Below, one piece after another: positions 29,836-39,800 of a stretch of DNA of 64,000 nucleotides. The stretch spans positions 374,296-438,295 of the forward strand of contig JBMNHG010000002.1 of assembly GCA_050950285.1 (NCBI GenBank), given 5' to 3'. Each line of letters begins with the position of its first letter. The first letter of the stretch is position 1. The translations under genes and the position numbers were made by a program. A model generated the notes under the pieces. That model had not been told where the DNA came from and ran no database searches. It saw only the letters and a list, made by a program, of their open reading frames with translations. The DNA comes from Kiritimatiellia bacterium (GTDB lineage Bacteria > Verrucomicrobiota > Kiritimatiellia > RFP12 > JBMNHG01).

Positions 29836-31116
29836 ATGAAGGACTCCCTGTTCTTTTCCGGCGTCCGCCTTCTCGATCCCGTGAACGGCCTGGACGCCGT
29901 CCGCGACGTGCTGGTCGCGGAGGGCCGGATCGAGGCGATCGGGGAACCCGGTCGCGGCGCGCCGCCGCCTCCCTCCGTGAAGCGCGTCGAAGGCCGCGGC
30001 CTGCTCCTCGCGCCGGGCTTCCGGGATGTGCACGTCCACTTCCGCGATCCCGGCGCGACCCGTGCGGAGACGCTCGCCTCGGGCGCCGCCTCGGCGGCGC
30101 GCGGCGGCTTCACGCACGTGGTGACGATGCCGAACACCCTTCCCGCCTGCGATTCGCCGGAACTCCTGCGGCGCCAGCTGGAGGCGGACCTCCCCGTGCG
30201 CATCCTCCCTTCCGCCTGCCTTACCGTAGGCCGTTCGGGGCGCGCCGCGGCGGATCTCGAAGCGCTGGCCGCAGCCGGCGCCGCCGCCTTCACGGACGAC
30301 GGCTCCGGCGTGGCCGACGACGCCGTGATGGAAGAGGCCATGCGGCGCGCCGCCCGAGCGGGGCGCACCGTGATGGACCATGCGGTGGATCCCGCGCTGT
30401 GCGGGCCGGGCATCATCCGCGACTGCGAAACGGCGCGCCGTTTTTCATTCCCCGTAATGCCCCCCGAGGCCGAGGTGGAGGCCGTCCGCCGCGACATCGC
30501 CCTCTGCCGGAAAACGGGATGCCGCCTCCACATCCAGCATGTCTCCTGCGCGGGAACCGTCGAGCTTCTCGCCGCGGCCCGGCGCGAGGGGCTGCCGGTC
30601 ACCGGCGAAGCCTCCCCGCACCACCTCGCCATCGCCGCCGAGGACATCCCGGGCGACGATGCCGACTTCCGCATGAATCCGCCGCTGGGCACACGCGAAG
30701 ACGTCGCGGCGCTCCGCCAGGCGGTACTCGACGGCACGCTCCCCCTCTTCGCCACCGACCACGCCCCCCACGAGGCTGCCGCCAAGGCGCGCGGCTTCCG
30801 GAACGCCCCCTCCGGCGTCCTGGGGATGGAGACCGCCATCGGCGTGACCTACGACGTGATGGTGCGGAAATGCGGCATGCCGCCGCTGGAGTGGGCGCGC
30901 CGCTGGACGCAAGGCCCCGCCGAAATGCTCGGCCTCCCGCCGCCCTCCCTCCGCGAAGGAGACGTCGCGGATCTGGTGCTGGTCGATCCCGAAACGCCCT
31001 GGACCGTCGAGCCCGCCGCCTTCGCCTCCCTTTCCCGGAACTGCCCCTTCAAGGGCTGGACGTTGAACGCCCGGGCGATCCTCGTCATCGCCGGAGGGCG
31101 CCTCCTCGCATTTTAA
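29836..31116 (+). CDS. pyrC: Dihydroorotase
   Basis: DVHVHFRDPG, GGFT.V.TMPNT, HIQHVS, MNPPL, ATDHAPH and SRNCPF motifs. Confidence 0.93.
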   Translation: MKDSLFFSGVRLLDPVNGLDAVRDVLVAEGRIEAIGEPGRGAPPPPSVKRVEGRGLLLAPGFRDVHVHFRDPGATRAETLASGAASAARGGFTHVVTMPNTLPACDSPELLRRQLEADLPVRILPSACLTVGRSGRAAADLEALAAAGAAAFTDDGSGVADDAVMEEAMRRAARAGRTVMDHAVDPALCGPGIIRDCETARRFSFPVMPPEAEVEAVRRDIALCRKTGCRLHIQHVSCAGTVELLAAARREGLPVTGEASPHHLAIAAEDIPGDDADFRMNPPLGTREDVAALRQAVLDGTLPLFATDHAPHEAAAKARGFRNAPSGVLGMETAIGVTYDVMVRKCGMPPLEWARRWTQGPAEMLGLPPPSLREGDVADLVLVDPETPWTVEPAAFASLSRNCPFKGWTLNARAILVIAGGRLLAF

Positions 31117-31138
31117 CCCTCGCATTTTAACCCTCGCA
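31104..31138. repeat. 14-bp tandem duplication (2.5 copies) spanning the pyrC stop codon
   Basis: CCTCGCATTTTAAC CCTCGCATTTTAAC CCTCGCA. Confidence 0.9.
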
Positions 31139-31162
31139 AATCCGCCGGGGAGGGCGTAGAAT
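31134..31162 (+). promoter_or_regulatory. Promoter of panB (probably leaderless)
   Basis: TCGCAA-17 nt-TAGAAT, then 7 nt to the ATG at 31170. Confidence 0.55.
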
Positions 31163-31169
31163 CGGCACC

Positions 31170-31961
31170 ATGAAAACGTGGACCACCTCCAAGATCCGTC
31201 AATCCAAAGGCAAGCAGAAGCTCGCCTGTCTCACGGCGTACGACGCGGCGACCGCCCGCATCCTGGACGCCGCCGGCATCCCCCTCATCCTCGTGGGGGA
31301 TTCCGTCGCGATGGCGCAGCTCGGGCAACCGAACACGCTTCACGTGACCATGGACCAGATGGTGCACCACACTGCCGCCGTCGCGCGTGGCGCCGCCAAT
31401 TCGCTGGTCGTGGCCGACATGCCCTTCATGTCCTACCAGGCCAGCCTCGAGCAAGGCATCGGGAATGCGGGACGCTTCCTGCAGGAGACCGATTGCGACG
31501 CCGTGAAGCTCGAAGGCGGGACGATGCGCGCCGATCTCGTCTCCGCCTGCGTGCGCAACGGCATCCCCGTGCTCGGGCACATCGGGCTCACCCCGCAGTC
31601 GATGCTCGAGCTGGGCGGCTTCAAGGTGCAAGGCCGCTCGCCGGACCAGGCCGAAGCGCTCAAGGCGGACGCCCTCGCCCTGGCCGAGGCCGGATGCTTC
31701 GCGGTCGTGCTGGAATGCGTGCCCGCCAACCTCGCCGCCGAGATCACCGCCCTCCTCCCCATCCCCACCATCGGCATCGGCGCCGGACCCGGCTGCGACG
31801 GCCAGGTTCTCGTGGTGAACGACATGCTCGGCATCGGCGATTTCAAGCCCAAGTTCGTGAAGCGTTACGCCGAAATCGGCAAGGCCATGGCCGACGCCGT
31901 CGCCGCCTATGCCGCCGAGGTCCAATCCGGCGCCTTCCCCACCGCCGACCATTGCTATTGA
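31170..31961 (+). CDS. panB: 3-methyl-2-oxobutanoate hydroxymethyltransferase
   Basis: LTAYD, LVGDS, VADMPFMSY, VKLEGG, GHIGLTPQS and IGIGAG motifs. Confidence 0.97.
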   Translation: MKTWTTSKIRQSKGKQKLACLTAYDAATARILDAAGIPLILVGDSVAMAQLGQPNTLHVTMDQMVHHTAAVARGAANSLVVADMPFMSYQASLEQGIGNAGRFLQETDCDAVKLEGGTMRADLVSACVRNGIPVLGHIGLTPQSMLELGGFKVQGRSPDQAEALKADALALAEAGCFAVVLECVPANLAAEITALLPIPTIGIGAGPGCDGQVLVVNDMLGIGDFKPKFVKRYAEIGKAMADAVAAYAAEVQSGAFPTADHCY

Positions 31962-32000
31962 CCCCTCGCCCGCGGGCTGCCTCCGGCGTCGTATTCCGCC

Positions 32001-33074
32001 ATGAACTCCCGTGAACGGCTCGCCGCCGCCCTGCTGGGCCATCCGGTCGATCACGTCCCCTTCGCGCCCTTCCTCGCCTACGTGTGGGAATCCTTCCCGC
32101 AGGAGGTGCGGCAGGCCGGGCCGCTCGCCTTCCACCACGCCATCGGCGCGGATCCGCTGTGGCGCGGCGCGCCGTGCCCCGTGAAGTCCGTCCCGCCGCC
32201 GGAGCTGGCCGTGCGCACGTGGCGGGAGGACAACCTCGAGTGCACCGCCTTCGAGACGCCCGTGGGCGTATTGCGGCAGGCCACGATGAACAGTCCCTCG
32301 GGCAATACGAGCTTCCTGGTCGAGCATCCGGTCAAGACCGGGGACGACTTCAAAATCTGGCAGTGGGTGGAAGAGCGCACGAGCTTCGCGTACGACGACG
32401 AACCCGTGCGGCGGCACTTCGCCGGCGAGGGGCGGGAAGGCCTCTCCATCGGCATGCTCCTTCCGCGCATGAAGTCGGCCTACCAGACCCTGGTCGAGCA
32501 CCTCGTCGGAACCGAAGAACTCGTCTACGCCCTGTGCGACTGCCCGGAGACGGTCGAAGAACTGTGGCTCGCGATGGTCGCGAACGACCTCGAGGCCGCG
32601 GAACTCGCCCTGCGCTCGGACTACGAGTGGTTCCTCACGTGGGAGGACTCGAGCACGCAGAACTACTCGCCTTCGCAGTACGACCGGTTCATCGGCTCCG
32701 AAATCGCGCAGTGGTGCGAACTTCTCCGCAGCGCGGGAAAACGCTACATCCAGCATGCCTGCGGACACGTTGCCGCGCTGGTGGAGCGCATGCGCGACAC
32801 CGGCGTTTCCGCCATCGAAAGCCTCTCCCCTCCCCCGACCGGGAACGTGACCCTCGCGGAGGCCCGCCGCCTCGGCGGACCCTCCTTCGGCATCATCGGC
32901 GGCATCGAGCCGGTGACGTTCCTGCAATCCACGGAGGCCGAACTCGAAGCGTACGTGGGCGACGTGCTGCGCGACGGCGCGGGCGGGCCCTTCATCCTCG
33001 CCAATTCCGATTCCTGCCCGCCTGGCGTGACCATCGGGAAATTCCGTCTCGTGGCCGACCTCGTCAAGGCGTGA
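32001..33074 (+). CDS. Uroporphyrinogen decarboxylase-superfamily protein (function unknown)
   Basis: MNSRERL..AL...PVD.VP N-terminus, HACG, GGIEP and FILANSD motifs. Confidence 0.75.
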   Translation: MNSRERLAAALLGHPVDHVPFAPFLAYVWESFPQEVRQAGPLAFHHAIGADPLWRGAPCPVKSVPPPELAVRTWREDNLECTAFETPVGVLRQATMNSPSGNTSFLVEHPVKTGDDFKIWQWVEERTSFAYDDEPVRRHFAGEGREGLSIGMLLPRMKSAYQTLVEHLVGTEELVYALCDCPETVEELWLAMVANDLEAAELALRSDYEWFLTWEDSSTQNYSPSQYDRFIGSEIAQWCELLRSAGKRYIQHACGHVAALVERMRDTGVSAIESLSPPPTGNVTLAEARRLGGPSFGIIGGIEPVTFLQSTEAELEAYVGDVLRDGAGGPFILANSDSCPPGVTIGKFRLVADLVKA

Positions 33075-33088
33075 CCCTCCCGCATCCG

Positions 33089-34019
33089 ATGGATCCCACC
33101 GTCCAGCTGAAATCGCCGGAGACACTCCGCGCAAGCCCCGGGGCCGCGATTCCCGCGCCCCCCCCCGCGCGGCGCGGGCGCCCGCCCCCCGAAAGGCCGT
33201 TCGCGCCGCTTCGCGCTGCCCGGCTTCGGGCTCACGCTTGGCTTCACGCTTGCCTATCTTGGCCTGCTCGTGGTCCTGCCGCTTGCCACGGCCTTCTGGA
33301 AGGCGTCGAGCCTCGGCTGGACGGACTTCTGGCGAATCGTCTCCGAGCCCCGCGCACTGGCGGCCTTCCGCCTGAGCTTCGGCGCCGCCTTCCTGGCCGC
33401 CTCGATCAACGGGGTCTTCGGCTTCCTCGTGGCGTGGGTGCTTACGCGCTACCGCTTCCCCGGTTCGCGCGTGGTGGACGCGCTGGTGGACCTTCCCTTC
33501 GCGCTGCCCACCGCCGTGGCGGGCATCGCCCTGGCCTCGATCTATGCGCCGAACGGATGGATCGGGCGCCTCGCCGCCCCGTTCGGGATAAAGCTCGCCT
33601 TCACCGCCACCGGCATCGTGATCGCGCTCGTCTTCATCAGCCTGCCCTTCACCGTCCGCACGCTCCAGCCCGTCATCCAGGACCTCGATGCCGAAGTCGA
33701 GCAAGCCGCCGCCTCGCTCGGGGCGACGCGGTTCCAGACCTTCGTGCGCGTGATCCTTCCCGAGCTCGTCCCCGCAGGCCTGACGGGCTTCGCCCTGGCC
33801 TTCGCCCGCGCCGTGGGCGAGTACGGGTCGGTGATTTTCATCGCCGGGAACATGCCGGGGAAGACCGAAATCCTCCCCCTTCTCATCGTGACCAAGCTCG
33901 AGCAATACGACACCGCCGGCGCGACGGCCCTCGCCGTGGCCATGCTCGTGCTCTCCTTCGCGATGCTTCTCGCCATCAACCTGCTTCAAACCTGGACCGC
34001 GAGGAGGGGCGAACGATGA
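33089..34019 (+). CDS. cysT: Sulfate ABC transporter permease CysT; apparent +1 frameshift in the C-rich 5' region
   Basis: [46 protein letters not shown]. The only plausible ATG (33089) is out of frame with the main ORF; C runs at 33158-33166 and 33185-33190. Confidence 0.9.
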
Positions 34020-34816
34020 ACGAATCCCGGGGCGTCCGCATCGTGCTCGTCACGGTGGCCCTGTTGTTCCTGGCGGTGGTGCTCGGGCTCCCGCTGGCGG
34101 TGCTCTTCGCGGGCGCCTTCGCGGAGGGCGTCGGCGCGTACGTGCGGGCCATTACCGACCCCTACGCCCTTTCGGCCATCCGCCTCACGCTGCTCGCCGC
34201 GGCCGTGGCGGTGCCCCTCAATCTCCTCTTCGGCCTTGCCGCCGCCTGGGCCATCGGCAAGTTCCGCTTCCGGGGGCGCGCCGCGCTCCTCACGCTCATC
34301 GACCTCCCCTTCTCGGTGTCGCCCGTAGTCTCCGGCCTCGTCTTCGTGCTCCTCTTCGGAGCCCAGGGATGGTTCGGACCGTGGCTCGCCGCGCACGGGA
34401 TACAGGTGGTCTTCGCCGTGCCCGGCGTGGTGCTGGCGACGCTTTTCGTGACGGTTCCCTTCGTGGCACGGGAGCTCATCCCCCTCATGCAGGCCCAGGG
34501 GACCGACGAGGAAGAGGCGGCCGTCATCCTCGGCGCGAACGGCTGGCAGACCTTCTGGCGGGTGACGCTTCCGAACATCCGATGGGGCCTCCTCACCGGC
34601 GTGCTCCTGTGCACCGCCCGCGCGCTGGGCGAGTTCGGCGCCGTGTCGGTGGTCTCCGGCCACGTGCGCGGCCTCACGAACACCCTCACCCTGCACGTCG
34701 AAATCCTGTACAACGAATACCAGGGCACCGCCGCCTTCGCCTGCGCCTCCCTGCTCGCGCTCACGGCCATCCTCACCCTCGCCGTCAAGACCTTTGCCGA
34801 CCGCCATTCGCCATGA
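34016..34816 (+). CDS. cysW: Sulfate ABC transporter permease CysW
   Basis: [32 protein letters not shown] and [12 protein letters not shown] motifs. Confidence 0.93.
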   Translation: MNESRGVRIVLVTVALLFLAVVLGLPLAVLFAGAFAEGVGAYVRAITDPYALSAIRLTLLAAAVAVPLNLLFGLAAAWAIGKFRFRGRAALLTLIDLPFSVSPVVSGLVFVLLFGAQGWFGPWLAAHGIQVVFAVPGVVLATLFVTVPFVARELIPLMQAQGTDEEEAAVILGANGWQTFWRVTLPNIRWGLLTGVLLCTARALGEFGAVSVVSGHVRGLTNTLTLHVEILYNEYQGTAAFACASLLALTAILTLAVKTFADRHSP

Positions 34817-35886
34817 ACAACGCCATCCCCATCGAAATCGACCGCATTTCCAAGCGCTTCGGCGACTTCCTGGCGCTGGACGACGTGAGCCTGAGCGTCG
34901 AGCCCGGCGAGTTCATCGCCCTGCTCGGCCCCTCCGGCTGCGGGAAGACCACGCTCCTGCGCGTCCTTGCAGGGCTGGAGGAGCCCGACGCCGGCACCAT
35001 CCGCATCGGCGGCGTCGACGCCGGGAAGTGGTGCGTCGCCGCCCGCCAGGTGGGCTTCGTCTTCCAGCACTACGCCCTCTTCCGCCACATGAGCGTCTTC
35101 GAGAACATCGCCTTCGGCCTGCGTGTGCGGCGCGAGAACCGCCCGCCCCGCGCCGAGATCCGGCGGCGCGTCGAGGCGCTCCTGTCGCTGGTGAAACTCG
35201 ATGGCTTCGGCGACCGCCTCCCCGGCCAACTCTCCGGCGGACAGCGCCAGCGCGTGGCCCTCGCCCGCGCCCTCGCCGTGGAACCGCGCTTCCTGCTGCT
35301 CGACGAACCCTTCGCCGCGCTCGACGCGAACGTCCGCAAGGAGCTGCGCCGCTGGCTTCGCCGCCTGCACGACGAAATCCACATCACGAGCCTCTTCGTG
35401 ACCCACGATGTCGAGGAGGCCCTCGAGATGGCCGACCGCATCGTGGTGATGGACCACGGGAAGATCGTCCAGACCGGCACGCCCGAGGAGGTCTACGAGA
35501 ATCCCGCCTCGCCCTTCGTCCTCCACTTCCTGGGCGACGCCAACCGCTTCCACGCCCGCATGGAGCACGGCCGCGTGGAGGTGTCCTCCGCCTCGCCCTC
35601 CGGCCTGGCGGCCTACGCGCGCCCGCACGACGTGCAACTTTCGCGCGAGCCGTCCGGCGACGAATCCTTCGAGGCCGTGGTGCTCCGCGCCCAGGGCATC
35701 GGCCCCATCGTGCGCGTGGAACTGCGGCGCCACGACGAGGACGGCGTCATCGAGGCGGAAATCTCCCGCGACCGGCAGCGCGTTCTCGCCCTTCGCCCCG
35801 GCGACCGCGTCCACGTGCGCTTCGGCCACGTGAGCGTCTTCCCGCCGGGCCGGCAGCAGGCGGACCCGCCCCCGCCCCCGGAGTGA
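34813..35886 (+). CDS. cysA: Sulfate ABC transporter ATP-binding protein CysA
   Basis: [46 protein letters not shown] and a TOBE-like tail. Confidence 0.93.
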   Translation: MNNAIPIEIDRISKRFGDFLALDDVSLSVEPGEFIALLGPSGCGKTTLLRVLAGLEEPDAGTIRIGGVDAGKWCVAARQVGFVFQHYALFRHMSVFENIAFGLRVRRENRPPRAEIRRRVEALLSLVKLDGFGDRLPGQLSGGQRQRVALARALAVEPRFLLLDEPFAALDANVRKELRRWLRRLHDEIHITSLFVTHDVEEALEMADRIVVMDHGKIVQTGTPEEVYENPASPFVLHFLGDANRFHARMEHGRVEVSSASPSGLAAYARPHDVQLSREPSGDESFEAVVLRAQGIGPIVRVELRRHDEDGVIEAEISRDRQRVLALRPGDRVHVRFGHVSVFPPGRQQADPPPPPE

Positions 35887-35926
35887 CCCGAAAACCGGCC
35901 TTGGCCGCCCGTCTCGTTCTTCCGCC

Positions 35927-36721
35927 ATGAAGCCACGCCATCCCCTCGGCATCGTCTCCATTTCCTTCCGGCCGCTTGCCCCCCGCGACCTTCTGGCCCG
36001 GGCCGCCGCCGCCGGGCTCGAATGCATCGAATGGGGCTCGGACGCGCACGCGCCGCCGCGCCTGCCCGACGGGGAATCCCGCGACGCCGCGCTGGAACGC
36101 CTTTCCACGCTCGCCCGCGCCACACGCGAAGCCGGGCTGGCGGTCTCCTCGTATGGAACCTATTTCCGGCTTGGGGCGACGCCGCCCGGCGATTTCCCCG
36201 CATTGCTGGAGGCCGCCCGGGCGCTGGGCGCGCCGATTTTGCGGGTCTGGGCGGGGGCCCGGGGGTTTTCGGAAATGGACGGCGCGGAGCGCGCCGGCCT
36301 GCTCCGCGCCGCGCGCGAGGCCACCGCCCGCGCGGCGGACGCGGGCATCGTCCTGTGCCTGGAGTGCCACCCGAACACCGCGACCGACTGCCCCGAAGGA
36401 TCCGCCTTCCTGCTGGAGGGCGTCCCCGGCCTCGCGACCTACTGGCAGCCCAATCCATTCCACGACGAGGCGTGGAACCTCGCCCACCTGCGGCTCGTCG
36501 CGCCGCGCGTGAAGATTGCGCACGTCTTCCACTGGATTGCGGACGAAACCCGGACCGTCCGCCGGCATCCGCTCGCGGAGGGAACCGGCCCGTGGACGCG
36601 CTACCTCGCGGACCTTCCCCCGGCCGTTCCGCTCCTCCTCGAATTCATGCCGGACGACTCCCCGGACTCCCTCCCCCGCGAAGCCGGCGCCCTCCGCACC
36701 CTGTCCACCTGCCGGCCCTGA
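35927..36721 (+). CDS. Sugar phosphate isomerase/epimerase-family TIM barrel
   Basis: IEWGSDAH, SYGTY, RVWAG, LECH, YWQP and LLEF motifs. Confidence 0.75.
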   Translation: MKPRHPLGIVSISFRPLAPRDLLARAAAAGLECIEWGSDAHAPPRLPDGESRDAALERLSTLARATREAGLAVSSYGTYFRLGATPPGDFPALLEAARALGAPILRVWAGARGFSEMDGAERAGLLRAAREATARAADAGIVLCLECHPNTATDCPEGSAFLLEGVPGLATYWQPNPFHDEAWNLAHLRLVAPRVKIAHVFHWIADETRTVRRHPLAEGTGPWTRYLADLPPAVPLLLEFMPDDSPDSLPREAGALRTLSTCRP

Positions 36722-36750
36722 CGCGCCGCGCAGGGGGAGGCCCCAAAAAG

Positions 36751-36785
36751 AACGTCCAGCCGCCCGTGACGGACGGCTGGACGTT
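36751..36785. terminator. Hairpin between convergent genes (probable bidirectional terminator)
   Basis: AACGTCCAGCCG-cccgtgacgga-CGGCTGGACGTT, a perfect 12-bp stem with an A-run on the left. Confidence 0.7.
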
Positions 36786-36811
36786 TCCCATCGGAAGAAG
36801 TTCGTTCGAGG

Positions 36812-39800
36812 CTACCGCAGCAACAACATCGTCCCCTGGGCGCACGGGAACTCGTAGGCTCCGATGTCGTACCTGCGCATCGCGGGACGCCGGAGGCCCA
36901 GGATGTCCCGGTCGACGCCGAACTCGGCGACGGAGTTCGTGCCCGCGTTGATGGCGGGGGAGGCAGCGTCAATGGCGTAGGGGTCCACAGGGTCGTCCGA
37001 GGTGAAGAGCGGATCGCCGCCGATGTTGCCCGCGACGTTGATGAAGTCCGGACGGAAGAAATCGCCTTCCGCGTTGTTGTAGAAGAGGCAATGGAAGGCG
37101 TTGCCCCAGAGGTTGCTGTCGGACCAGATCACGTTGCTCTTGTAGAGGGCGTACTTCCCGTTGTTCGCGAAGATCGTGTTGCGGACGTCGGGGTAGCAGT
37201 AGTCGCGGTCGCCGGCGCCGGAGGTCTGGCTGCAGGCGAGGCCGTTGCCGCCGTTGTTCGCGACGACGCAGTTGGCGAGCGTGCAGTAGCTGCCGATGCC
37301 TCGCCCGTAGCGCCAGTCGCCCACGAAGTTGTAGTAGATGCCTTCCTGGGCGTTGTCGGAGATGACGCAGTTGAGGCAGGCGATCTCGGTGTACTGCTCC
37401 GGCGTACCGTCGTTGAGGATGCCGTAGTAGTTGCCTGAAATGCGGCAGCCATCGAGGGTAAGGCCCAGCACGGTTCCCATGAAGCGGACGCCGCCGTTCC
37501 AGGTCGCCCCCGTGAGGGTGAGACAGGCCACGGTGTTCGTCTCGGCGCCGGTGCCGGCGCGGAGGGCGTCGCCGCCATTGCCGTGGACCACGGTGGACTG
37601 GCTCCTGGGCGACCAGCCCCACGAGACGGGATCGTAGCCTCCGCGGACGGTCTTGAGACTGTCGCCGATGCCGAGGTGGAGGGTGCCGGCGTAGGTTCCA
37701 CCGGCGACCTTCACAAGGCCGCCCTTGGCGACGGCGCCGATGCCCTTGTCGAGCGTCGCGTAGGGATTTTCGGCGGAACCGTCGCCGGTGGCGTCGCTGC
37801 CTGCGGTGGAGACGTGCGTCACGACGGGAAGGTCGCCCTCGGGATCGAGCGCGGAGGCGTAGGCGCCGATGTCCCAGTTGTCGTCGCGGATCGTTCCGAG
37901 GATGTCCTTCGTCACGCCCTCGGCGGTGAGGTTGGTGCCGGAATCGATCAGCGGCGAGCCGTCGAGAGGGGCGTAGACGAGCTGGGCGGCATCGGCGAAG
38001 AGCGGGTCGCGGCCGCCGTCGTTGCCTCCCGCGTAGGCCATGTTCCAGTTGGAGTAGTCGCGCGTGGCGCCGTCGCGGTTGGCGTAGAAGTAGCAGTGGT
38101 TGACCTCGCCGCCGCCGTTCTGGCCGTGCTTGTCGATACCGAAGCCGCCGTTCCCGCTGAAGACGCAGTTGCGGAAGTACGGCACGCCGCAGGACCAGTC
38201 GGGATTGCCGTTGCTGGCATAGCCGGAGCCGCCGTTGTCGGCGAAGGTGCAGTTCTGGAAGAGGTGCGTGCCGGTCGCCCACGAATCGGAGAAGACGCCA
38301 TGGCTGGAGTTGCGGGCGAAAATCGTGTTGCGTGCGGTGATGGGGCAGGCCGCTCCGCTGACGATGCGGATGCCGTAGTAGTTGGTGGCGAGGATGCATC
38401 CTTCGATGACGGTGCCATCGACCGAACCGTCGAAGTAGATGCCGCCGGCCATGTTGCTTCCGTTGCCGCCGGCGAGGGTGAGGCACTCGAAGACGTTCGA
38501 ATGGGAACCGCCCTGGATGGTCACGGGCGAGGCGGAGGGACTGGTCGAGCGGATGACGGTGGCGTGCGTCGCCGGGGACCACGTCCAAGTCGCGGGATCG
38601 TAGCCGCCCTTGAGGGTGATGCCGTAGCGTTCGTTCCCGAAGGTGAGCGAGCCCTGGTAGGTTCCGCCCGCGATGTAGATCGTTCCGTTCCCGTTCAGAT
38701 GCGCCAGCGCGTAGGTGACGCTGGCGAACGGGGAGTCGGACGAGCCGTCGCCGGTGTCGTCGCTTCCCTGGACGGCGTCGACATAGGCGGTGTCGACGAA
38801 GACTTCATCCGGCGCACCGTCCACATCGGACTCGTAGGCGCCGAGGTCCCAGCCGTTCTGGGGGCGGGCCGTGCCGGCAATGTCCGTGGAGATGCCGTCG
38901 TCGGTGAGATCCATGCCCACGGTCGCGGCGGGCGAAAGGTTCCGGAGGGTGTAGTCGCCGTTCGCGGCATCGGTGAAGAGCGGATCCTTGTCCTCCTGGA
39001 TGCCGTCGCCGATCGTCATCCTCGTATTGCCGATGTTGAGGTACGAACCGGAGGCGTTGCCGTAGAAGAGGCAGTTCTCGATCGACGACCCGCCGGTGGC
39101 GCCGCGCTTTGTAATGCCATAGCCGTTGTTGTTGGCGAAGATGGTGTTCCTGGCGATCGGCACGACGTCCGCCCAGTCCGTGTTGCCATCGTGCCAGAAG
39201 CCGGATCCGCCGTTGTCGGCCACGGTGCAGTTCAGGAAGGTGCAGGGGCCAACCGACGGATTGTACGCGACCTCGCCGGCGTTCCCGAAATAGACGGCAT
39301 GATTGCTGTTCTTCGCGAGGATGCAGTTGCGAAGCGTGATCTGCGCCTTCTGGTTGAGGGCGCCGTAGATGCCGAAGATGTTGCCGGCAATGCGGCAGGC
39401 CTCGAGTTCAAACACGGGGTTGTTGCCTGCGATGCGCACGCCGGCCGCCTCGGAAAGGTTCTTGCCAAGGTATGCCGTGCCGCCACGGAGGGTGAGGGAG
39501 ATCAGCCTGCATCCCCTGTTGCCGCCGCCGATGGAACTGGCGGAACCGCCATTGCCGTCGACGATCGTCTCGGCGGTCGCGGGGGAATACGTCCAATCGG
39601 GCGTATCGACAACGTATGCGCCACGGACCGTGATGTTGGTCTTGGTCAAGCCGAAGTCCAGCGCGTCGCCGGGATAGGTGCCGTCCGCAACGCGGATTTC
39701 GCCGCCGGGGGCGGTGCGGCCAAGCGCATGGGAGAGCGTGGCGAAGGGCGCGGAAGCGGAACCGTCGCCGGCGACGTCGCTGCCGGTGGTGGCGACATGC

